Shown here one piece after another: positions 27,828-34,315 of a stretch of 64,000 bases of DNA. The translations under genes and the position numbers were made by a program. The DNA is from Bacteroides sp. GTDB lineage: Bacteria; Bacteroidota; Bacteroidia; Bacteroidales; Bacteroidaceae. The stretch is from the NCBI RefSeq assembly GCF_019416685.1, contig NZ_DXWV01000071.1; one strand, 5' to 3'. The notes below the pieces were generated by a model, which saw nothing but the letters and a program-made list of their open reading frames with translations, was not told the DNA's origin and did not search any database. Positions within the stretch are counted from its first letter, which is position 1. Each line of letters opens with the position of its first letter.

Positions 27828-28205
27828 TCATCCGGCAGCTTCGGCACTGTTGCCGTGGTATAACTCCAATCTAGCCGATAGAGTCGCATTTTCTTGTATA
27901 AGACGCTTAACCTCTTCTTTCAATTCTTTATTTTCCTCCTTTAAATAATTTGTTAAATTGTTATCGTTTGATCCTGAATTGTCAGGTGAAAGAAATTTTT
28001 CCCCTTCCCCGGTTATTATCCACATGATATTAATAGTAGGATATATGCGGATAATATTCCTCAATGCGTCACTTCCAATCTCTCCTGTTATTTTTCTAAT
28101 AAATTCCCTACTTTTCCCAATTTGTAGTGAAAACTGGTTAGGAGTTACATTTAATGCATCACAGAGTTGAACTAGTCTTTCTTTAATTGGAGTATCTGTT
28201 TCCAT
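27828..28205 (-). CDS. CI-like phage repressor (HTH N-terminal domain plus coiled-coil C-terminus)
   Basis: Phage_CI_repr-like N-terminus (KERLVQLCDALNVTPNQFSLQIGKSREFIRKI ... NIMWIITGEGEKFL). C-terminal heptad region LKEENKELKEEVKRLIQENATLSARLEL. It is the only minus-strand gene and is divergent from the early operon. Confidence 0.75.
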   Translation of the reverse strand: METDTPIKERLVQLCDALNVTPNQFSLQIGKSREFIRKITGEIGSDALRNIIRIYPTINIMWIITGEGEKFLSPDNSGSNDNNLTNYLKEENKELKEEVKRLIQENATLSARLELYHGNSAEAAG

Positions 28206-28221
28206 ATTATTTTTGTTAAAA

Positions 28222-28267
28222 GCGAAAAATATTCCCCTGTATATTTTATTATGCGAAAAATATTCCT
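28222..28267. promoter_or_regulatory. Two direct repeats GCGAAAAATATTCC(C/T) spaced 31 bp apart in the divergent repressor/early intergenic region (candidate operators)
   Basis: Copies at 28222-28236 and 28253-28267. Further dyads (TACTGCA..TGCAGTA, TAGGGAAAATACCCTA) lie downstream. Confidence 0.35.
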
Positions 28268-28377
28268 CATATTTGCACTGTCAATTACAAATTACTGCAT
28301 CAAATATAACAAAAAGTTGCAGTACACACAATAGGGAAAATACCCTATGTCTATGTAAAATCTAAATATAAAATATT

Positions 28378-28614
28378 ATGGCTGTAACTAAAAAGCATTA
28401 CTCATTTACGCCTGGTACATTAAAAGTATCCAGAGAAGACTATCCGAAATTGAAAGATCAGCTTTATAACTTCCTTGGTTGTTCGTCGGATCCTGAATAT
28501 TATAGGAAAAAGAAAGACTATCTGAATATACCGGCCCATATCAAAGAAGGAATAGAAAAGATCTTCTCTGAATTTGGGGTAGATGTTTCTGATATCTGGG
28601 ATATAAAAGGATAA
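28378..28614 (+). CDS. Hypothetical early protein (78 aa)
   Basis: First plus-strand ORF after the divergent region. No motif recognised. Confidence 0.6.
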   Translation: MAVTKKHYSFTPGTLKVSREDYPKLKDQLYNFLGCSSDPEYYRKKKDYLNIPAHIKEGIEKIFSEFGVDVSDIWDIKG

Positions 28615-28617
28615 GCT

Positions 28618-28989
28618 ATGAATATACAGGCAGAATTAACCGAACGGGAAGAGGAAATCGCGGAAGTTATGGGGCTAGGCGCTATTTCCCAGAAAGAAGC
28701 TGCTAACATTTTGGGTATTTCAATTAAGACGGTAGACAATACCTTGCAGAAGATCAAAGAAAAGGCCGGTATTAGCAAAGCTGCTGAATTGACAAAGTTC
28801 TGTTTTTGCCGGAAATTTAATATTCCCTTGTCTATGTGTGAACCGGTAAAACGGTTTGTGGCCGCTTGTTTTCTTTCCGTATTCATATTTGGCGAATATG
28901 TACATGCTAGTGATTTGTATCGAAGAGCCACTGGGACACGCCGGGCGCAAACGGAAGAAGTGGTAAGATTAAGACGAACTGAAACTTAA
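28618..28989 (+). CDS. LuxR/GerE-type HTH protein with hydrophobic C-terminal segment
   Basis: LTEREEEIAEVMGLGAISQKEAANILGISIKTVDNTLQKIKEKAGI, followed by a hydrophobic stretch FVAACFLSVFIFGEYV. Confidence 0.7.
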   Translation: MNIQAELTEREEEIAEVMGLGAISQKEAANILGISIKTVDNTLQKIKEKAGISKAAELTKFCFCRKFNIPLSMCEPVKRFVAACFLSVFIFGEYVHASDLYRRATGTRRAQTEEVVRLRRTET

Positions 28990-29001
28990 TACTCTGCCTA
29001 G

Positions 29002-29059
29002 TAGAGCGCCAACGGACAATAATAAGGCTTTAAACCGGTGACAGCCGAGAACAGATCGG
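29002..29059 (+). repeat. 58-nt direct repeat, copy A (flanks the tRNA-like gene)
   Basis: TAGAGCGCCAACGGACAATAATAAGGCTTTAAACCGGTGACAGCCGAGAACAGATCGG. 52/58 identical to 29161-29218. Confidence 0.85.
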
Positions 29060-29064
29060 CATTT

Positions 29065-29145
29065 CCTGGAATAGTTCAGCGGAAGAACAAAAAATACAGA
29101 TGATATCGAGTATTTATGTCGGTGGTTCGATTCCACCTTCCAGGG
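29065..29145 (+). ncRNA. tRNA-like element with a non-canonical anticodon arm (possible pseudo-tRNA or tRNA mimic)
   Basis: Acceptor CCTGGAA/TTCCAGG. D arm GTTC-AGCGGAA-GAAC. T arm GGTGG-TTCGATT-CCACC. 5-nt variable loop. The anticodon region is a 6-bp AAATAC/GTATTT stem closing a 12-nt loop, with 3 nt between the D and anticodon stems. No CCA is encoded. Confidence 0.55.
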
Positions 29146-29160
29146 CGTTACATAAAAGTT

Positions 29161-29218
29161 TAGAAAGCCAACGGACAATAATAAGGCATTAAACCGGTGA
29201 CAGCCGGGAATAGACCGG
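29161..29218 (+). repeat. 58-nt direct repeat, copy B
   Basis: TAGAAAGCCAACGGACAATAATAAGGCATTAAACCGGTGACAGCCGGGAATAGACCGG. Contains an AACCGGT...ACCGGTT 7-bp stem. Confidence 0.85.
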
Positions 29219-29246
29219 TTATGTTTAACATTAAAAAAATTCTATT

Positions 29247-29546
29247 ATGGCAGGAAAAGCAAGTATTACAGCAAAAAAAGCGGAACTAGAAGTCTATAAA
29301 GATGGAAGTTTCCACAGAATCGACACTCTTAATTTTAGACCGGGTGAGTACCCGGAGTTTACAAAGTTCCTGGAACAAAATTTTTCCTTAGAGCAAGTAC
29401 ATAGTAACACTAAAAAGAAATCAGGTTTTTATCTAGTAAAAGTTGATCCAGATAAAAGAGAAGATCTTCTTAATATTCTTAGTAACGGTCTGGGAAGTAC
29501 AGTTGATCTTAATTCGCCATGTATTTATACTGGCACAAAAGATTAG
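29247..29546 (+). CDS. Hypothetical early protein (99 aa)
   Basis: Same-strand packed ORF. No motif recognised. Confidence 0.6.
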   Translation: MAGKASITAKKAELEVYKDGSFHRIDTLNFRPGEYPEFTKFLEQNFSLEQVHSNTKKKSGFYLVKVDPDKREDLLNILSNGLGSTVDLNSPCIYTGTKD

Positions 29547-29548
29547 CT

Positions 29549-29728
29549 ATGGCACGGCATAGATGGACTTTATTACAGCCGACACCAGACCGAATACCGG
29601 GAGTCTATAAGGCTGAAATTTGTGTCAAATGTGGATGCGTTAAGCTCCACTTGTACTTAGGCCGGATCTACACTTCTTCTTATCTCCTTAATGGAGAAGA
29701 ATTTTCAAAACTACCTGAATGTAAATAG
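29549..29728 (+). CDS. Small Cys-motif protein (59 aa; CVKCGC)
   Basis: The ATG at 29549 follows the previous stop codon. Motif ICVKCGCVKLH plus a C-terminal PECK. Confidence 0.5.
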   Translation: MARHRWTLLQPTPDRIPGVYKAEICVKCGCVKLHLYLGRIYTSSYLLNGEEFSKLPECK

Positions 29729-29735
29729 TGAAATT

Positions 29736-29990
29736 ATGGAAACAAAAAAATGTACAGCATGTGGCAGCATATTGCCTATAAGTGAGTTTTCACACCATCC
29801 TAAGACGGCAGACGGACTATGTAACGTTTGCATGAGTTGCCGTTCTGCGAAGATCTCTAAAGGGAAAAAGAAACAGCAACCAGGAAGTAATCCCCAATTA
29901 GCGCAATTTAAACCGCGTGAATTGATGGATGAACTTAGAGCCAGGGGCTACAAGGGGACATTAACCTACGTGCAAGAGATCAAACTTTAA
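29736..29990 (+). CDS. Zn-ribbon protein (84 aa)
   Basis: CTACGSILPISEF...CNVCMSC (CxxC...CxxC) with a basic linker and the C-terminal motif PRELMDELRARGYKGTL. Confidence 0.6.
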   Translation: METKKCTACGSILPISEFSHHPKTADGLCNVCMSCRSAKISKGKKKQQPGSNPQLAQFKPRELMDELRARGYKGTLTYVQEIKL

Positions 29991-30001
29991 AAACTGGTTT
30001 T

Positions 30002-30511
30002 ATGGGAAATGAAATAGTAAAAAATAAGCTGGAAAAGCTTAAAAGGCTGAATAGCTCTTTTCTTGAGAAAAAAGAACTACATAATAAAAAGATGATGCGG
30101 GCCCGAAAATTTGAAACGGAAGAATTTCACTCGGAAAAATACAAGCTGTATTATTCATTAAGTAGTAGAGCGTCCGATCTTGCTTATAATATTCGTAGGA
30201 ATTTTCTATATGAAAAAAGAATTATTGATTGGGGAGATGCCGAAAGTATTAAGATAGATTATCGTATTCGGTTGAGTAAAAAAGCCGAAGGGCGAGAGAA
30301 CTATCTAAATAAGCATAAATACGGGCTTTGGTTTCTGGGTAGTTCTTTAGGTGCGGATTATGGTGAATTTACTTGTGATAAATGCGGATGCACGTTTTAT
30401 CATTCACCTTCTGAAATAACACTGGCCGGTAAGGTTGTGTACAAATGTTGTTGCGGGCACTGCACCAATAGTATAATAAACAGAGATTGGGGGGAAGAAC
30501 CCTATTTTTAA
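30002..30511 (+). CDS. Hypothetical protein with Cys-rich C-terminus (169 aa)
   Basis: C-terminal CDKCGCTFYH...YKCCCGHC. Confidence 0.6.
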   Translation: MGNEIVKNKLEKLKRLNSSFLEKKELHNKKMMRARKFETEEFHSEKYKLYYSLSSRASDLAYNIRRNFLYEKRIIDWGDAESIKIDYRIRLSKKAEGRENYLNKHKYGLWFLGSSLGADYGEFTCDKCGCTFYHSPSEITLAGKVVYKCCCGHCTNSIINRDWGEEPYF

Positions 30512-30525
30512 TCAATCATTGAGCC

Positions 30526-30798
30526 ATGGACGTACAATTAAAAGGATCAATAAATACGGAAGGGAAGGCTAGTTCATATATGAAGCTAGTAGTTACAACC
30601 GAGTCAAAGAATAGGTTAAAGTACTATCTTGATTTATTAGGCTATCATCATATTGCCTACAAGGTCGAGAAAATAAAACTTATGGGTGATACTTTTTCGG
30701 AAGTATATGTATTGCCACATCATTATAAAGTTGCTAGAAATATGTGGAAACAGACGACCGAATCAGTACTAGATGAAACTGAAATATTTACAGATTAA
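30526..30798 (+). CDS. Hypothetical early protein (90 aa)
   Basis: Packed same-strand ORF. Confidence 0.55.
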   Translation: MDVQLKGSINTEGKASSYMKLVVTTESKNRLKYYLDLLGYHHIAYKVEKIKLMGDTFSEVYVLPHHYKVARNMWKQTTESVLDETEIFTD

Positions 30799-30810
30799 TA
30801 ATCAAATAGA

Positions 30811-31311
30811 ATGAAGCAATATAGAAAGAAAGTCTGCCCGGTTTGTGAGCGTAAACTTTGGTTACATAGCTTTTATAAATGTGCTTCTGGGTATAGTTCA
30901 CACTGTAAGGAATGTGTTAGGGAAGAAAAGAGGCAAGAGTATGCAAGGAATCGTAAAGTTCCTGACGGTTGCTTTTTCCATGAAGCTAAAGGCCGGCTAG
31001 TAGAACATAAGGGATGTAGTACCCGAATTTTATGGTCGGGGAATATGCTTAGTTTATTGAAACGATACTATCCGACTACCCGTAATGAGGAACTGGCTGA
31101 ATTAGTAGGGGTATCTCCTAGAACACTTACGCGTAAGGCTCGCGAATTGGGATTAGTTAAGGATCCCGACTGGCTGAAAGGGGTATATAATTATAATCGG
31201 AGGGATGCCCAAGCAGCAAGTAAACGTAAAGGTTATCCGGGATCGTTTAAGTCAGGGTGTAGGGTTGGAGAAAAATTTTGGTTCAAAAAGAAAAAAAAGG
31301 AAATATTATGA
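30811..31311 (+). CDS. Zn-ribbon plus HTH protein (166 aa)
   Basis: N-terminal CPVCERKL...CKECV and a C-terminal HTH-like segment ELAELVGVSPRTLTRKARELGL. Confidence 0.6.
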   Translation: MKQYRKKVCPVCERKLWLHSFYKCASGYSSHCKECVREEKRQEYARNRKVPDGCFFHEAKGRLVEHKGCSTRILWSGNMLSLLKRYYPTTRNEELAELVGVSPRTLTRKARELGLVKDPDWLKGVYNYNRRDAQAASKRKGYPGSFKSGCRVGEKFWFKKKKKEIL

Positions 31312-31712
31312 GAATAATTAAATTTAGAGGCAAATCAATATCGGGTAAACGATTGGGAGAATGGGTTCATGGGGCTTATCTCCCAGACTTCGATGGATAT
31401 ACTCACCGTACATTAATTGTTGATTGTATTACTGGATTTTCAGAAGAAGTTGATCCTATAACTATAGGGCAGTTCACAGGGCTTCTCGATAGGAACGGTA
31501 AGGAGATTTATGAGGGTGATATTGTACAACTTGACTATATTACAACTATTGGAAAACATCGCATAGGACTTTTATTTGAAGTTAGATGGTGTACCCAAGA
31601 AGGATGTTGGGTTGGATGGGATGGCTTTACAGGAAACACTCTTCAACAGACAAACAAGATGTTTGTAGTTAAAGGTAATATCTATGACAACCCCGAATTA
31701 ATTAACGAATAA
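31308..31712 (+). CDS. YopX-family phage protein
   Basis: MRIIKFRGKSI...GEWVHGAYL...IGQFTGLLDRNGKEIYEGDIV...VKGNIYDNPELI. ATGA overlap with the upstream gene. Confidence 0.8.
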   Translation: MRIIKFRGKSISGKRLGEWVHGAYLPDFDGYTHRTLIVDCITGFSEEVDPITIGQFTGLLDRNGKEIYEGDIVQLDYITTIGKHRIGLLFEVRWCTQEGCWVGWDGFTGNTLQQTNKMFVVKGNIYDNPELINE

Positions 31713-31722
31713 CAAGATAAAT

Positions 31723-31893
31723 ATGAAAATAATAAAGCAAGGTAAAAAGCCGATAAAAAGCAAACAGCAAAAATGCCCAGATTGTGATTGCATATTTGAA
31801 TATGAAAGGTCTGATATAAAATCAGATCAGAGTAAAGGCTCTTGGGTTGTATGTCCCTGTTGCAAGAGATGTATTAGCGTAGAATGGTTTTAA
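31723..31893 (+). CDS. Small Zn-ribbon protein (56 aa, below the ORF-track cutoff)
   Basis: My translation is MKIIKQGKKPIKSKQQKCPDCDCIFEYERSDIKSDQSKGSWVVCPCCKRCISVEWF. It fills an otherwise empty gap in the packed operon. Confidence 0.5.
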   Translation: MKIIKQGKKPIKSKQQKCPDCDCIFEYERSDIKSDQSKGSWVVCPCCKRCISVEWF

Positions 31894-31944
31894 ACAAATT
31901 AGATATGAAAATAATAAAAAAAGGAAAATTATAAAAAGAATATT

Positions 31945-32223
31945 ATGGCAAAGAAAAAAAGTATAACTGTATCAGTTGTGGAACATAGCAAAAAAGTATG
32001 TGATCCATTACCTGAATTTGTAGACCGCATGGAAGTTAGACGTTTAGTTATGAACGCTTACAGAAAAGGCTATAATAAAGCCCACTCCGAGCATATTAAA
32101 TGTATGGCTAATATTGTAGATCTGAATTTGTCAGATATAGATTCCCCTATATTTACTCATACAAAGGAATTTAGGGAACACTTCGACTACATTATGTCGA
32201 AAGTCAAGAATCTTTTATTTTAA
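31945..32223 (+). CDS. Hypothetical early protein (92 aa)
   Basis: Packed same-strand ORF. Confidence 0.55.
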   Translation: MAKKKSITVSVVEHSKKVCDPLPEFVDRMEVRRLVMNAYRKGYNKAHSEHIKCMANIVDLNLSDIDSPIFTHTKEFREHFDYIMSKVKNLLF

Positions 32224-32240
32224 TTCAAAATCAATCAGAA

Positions 32241-32522
32241 ATGAATATATCTAAGTTACTGAAAGCTGCGGATGATGCCTACATAAATTATAGGTATAGA
32301 TGTGAAGCTCTCGCAAAGGAAGCACAAAAGTACATTAATTGGGATGATAAAGTCAGTTGTGAGCATCTGCCAGCAGATGGTTTGTGCATCTTGGCAACCG
32401 TTCCCGACGATTGTAATATGAGTGGAATGCCCGAATGTGTTTGCCCGGCAGATTCATTCTTCTCTTCGGTGAAAGCAAAAGAAACGATTACTCCACAAGA
32501 ATTTAAAGCGATTAGTATTTAA
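32241..32522 (+). CDS. Hypothetical Cys-containing early protein (93 aa)
   Basis: Packed same-strand ORF. Confidence 0.55.
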   Translation: MNISKLLKAADDAYINYRYRCEALAKEAQKYINWDDKVSCEHLPADGLCILATVPDDCNMSGMPECVCPADSFFSSVKAKETITPQEFKAISI

Positions 32523-32539
32523 CGTATAACAAGAAAATT

Positions 32540-32821
32540 ATGAGTAAAAATAAGAAATACGAACTTACAGATAAACAGATAGTTGCCTGTAAGAAAATTG
32601 AAAAAGCATTAAAGGAGGCCCGGAAAGCTGGGGTGTCGATTTTGGCAAAAAGTGATAGGTTATACGGCTATAGATCGACCGCTTTAGATAAGGCGTGCCC
32701 GCTGCATGAACACTGGAATTTTGATTATGGGAATCCGGTTCCATGTTTTCCGGCTGGCCCTATTCGTGGTGCGGGTGCAGATGATACAGAGTATTTTCCA
32801 AAAGGATTCTTAGAGGATTAA
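32540..32821 (+). CDS. Hypothetical early protein (93 aa)
   Basis: Packed same-strand ORF. Confidence 0.55.
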   Translation: MSKNKKYELTDKQIVACKKIEKALKEARKAGVSILAKSDRLYGYRSTALDKACPLHEHWNFDYGNPVPCFPAGPIRGAGADDTEYFPKGFLED

Positions 32822-32837
32822 CATAAAACTAACCGAA

Positions 32838-33143
32838 ATGAGTATATCTAAACTTAATGAAGAGATTTCCAACATAAATAAAGTGTTGGGAGATCTCGCA
32901 AAAGATATAGAACAGCATTATAATTTAATCCCGAATAATCCCTACCAAGTGCATACACTCGTAGGGGACGTTTATAATGTTTATTACGTGGGATGGATTC
33001 CGCGCGCAACTAAATGGGATAAAGAGGCACGCGTAGATATTTTGTTTCGTTTCCATAAGATGAAAAAGAACGGAACAGTTTCTAGGCTATGGGAATCATT
33101 TTATGCTAAAGAAGTCAAAAATATAGTAACTCTTCCTTTTTGA
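32838..33143 (+). CDS. Hypothetical early protein (101 aa)
   Basis: Packed same-strand ORF. Confidence 0.55.
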   Translation: MSISKLNEEISNINKVLGDLAKDIEQHYNLIPNNPYQVHTLVGDVYNVYYVGWIPRATKWDKEARVDILFRFHKMKKNGTVSRLWESFYAKEVKNIVTLPF

Positions 33144-33150
33144 TTTAATT

Positions 33151-34038
33151 ATGAAGATCGGACTTATAGATGTGGACGGGCATAATTACCCGAATCTGGC
33201 TTTAATGAAGATATCGGCCTGGCATAAATCAATAGGTGATAATGTGTCCTGGTATTCTGGTATAGAACACTATGATAAGGTATATATGAGTAAGGTTTTC
33301 TCTTTTACCCAGGACGAAGGAAGAATCATACAAGCCGATGAAGTCATTAGAGGCGGCACCGGGTATAAATTATACAGACAACAATTATCGGAAGAAATAG
33401 AGCATATTTGCCCTGATTATAAGCTATACCCGATGTTCGATAGTGCTTACGGCTTTCTTACTCGTGGCTGCATTAATAAATGTAGTTTTTGTATTGTCCC
33501 CAGAAAGGAAGGTTTAATCCGCGAAAATGCGGATATAATGGAATTTCTGGACGGACGGAAAAAGGCTATTCTTATGGATAATAACGTTATTGCTTCTGAT
33601 TGGGGACTGTCTCAAATAGAAAAAATTATCTCTTTACGGATAAAGGTTGATTTTAACCAGGGGATAGACTGTCGAATTATTGCTCGTAATAGAGAAGTAG
33701 CAGCATTGTTAGCGCGTGTTCCATGGATAAGATATATTCGTATGGCTTACGATAGTTCGGTAATAACGGACGAGGTGGAAACGGCTATTTCTTATTTGAA
33801 AGAAGCTGGTTTGCCATCTTATAAAATGTTCTTTTATATGTTGGTTAAAGACGGGCAAATAGAGGACGCTGAAAAAAGAGCTTTACGGCTTGATTACCTA
33901 GGATGTATGCCCTTTGCGATGCCTTATCGTGATTTGGACTCTAATAAACCACTATCCGAAGAGCAAAGAAGGTTTGCCCGGTGGGTAAATAAGCGATCTG
34001 TTTTTAAAAGTTGTACTTATCAAGAATATAAGGAGTAG
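33151..34038 (+). CDS. Radical SAM enzyme (phage-encoded, substrate unknown)
   Basis: Canonical CX3CX2C at C107/C111/C114 (LTRGCINKCSFCIVPRKEG). The N-terminal roughly 100 aa (MKIGLIDVDGHNYPNLALMKISAWHKSIGDNV) resemble the Rossmann/B12-binding-like lead-in of class-B-type radical SAM proteins. Confidence 0.75.
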   Translation: MKIGLIDVDGHNYPNLALMKISAWHKSIGDNVSWYSGIEHYDKVYMSKVFSFTQDEGRIIQADEVIRGGTGYKLYRQQLSEEIEHICPDYKLYPMFDSAYGFLTRGCINKCSFCIVPRKEGLIRENADIMEFLDGRKKAILMDNNVIASDWGLSQIEKIISLRIKVDFNQGIDCRIIARNREVAALLARVPWIRYIRMAYDSSVITDEVETAISYLKEAGLPSYKMFFYMLVKDGQIEDAEKRALRLDYLGCMPFAMPYRDLDSNKPLSEEQRRFARWVNKRSVFKSCTYQEYKE

Positions 34039-34043
34039 GAAGT

Positions 34044-34256
34044 ATGAAAGAAAGTATTTTGCCTGGAAGTAAGGGGGAAGAGCCTGTAAAGGAAGATCGC
34101 CGATTAAGAAACCTAAAGTATCAAATGAGAAAGAAAGGTTATGTTATCAACGACAAAGACCGTGTATGCGTCCTTGCTGATGAAGATAAACGATCCCCAT
34201 TACAAGAAAAGAGAATTAAGACATTTTCTTTTCGCCTACAATATAAAATGCTCTAG
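34044..34256 (+). CDS. Hypothetical basic protein (70 aa)
   Basis: Packed same-strand ORF. Confidence 0.5.
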   Translation: MKESILPGSKGEEPVKEDRRLRNLKYQMRKKGYVINDKDRVCVLADEDKRSPLQEKRIKTFSFRLQYKML

Positions 34257-34315
34257 TTAGCGCATGTACCCCAAAAAGATAGAAAAAAGTTTGTAACCGT
34301 GTAACTTTAGAAGTT

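Noticed and set aside
29065-29145. Suppressor tRNA or alternative genetic code in the phage late genes.
   Set aside because: All late genes, including the 1383-aa tape measure and the 977-aa primase, are long and uninterrupted under the standard code. The loop of the tRNA-like element contains no CTA, TCA or TTA anticodon in a canonical 7-nt loop.
28969-29178. Minus-strand 69-aa ORF overlapping the tRNA-like element.
   Set aside because: It runs antisense through the tRNA-like structure and direct repeat A. It has no start context, and the region is better explained as non-coding RNA or repeats.
31894-31944. Mini-ORF MKIIKKGKL duplicating the first codons of the 31723 Zn-ribbon ORF.
   Set aside because: It has only 9 codons and looks like a short duplication scar of the upstream start region (AGATATGAAAATAATAAA).
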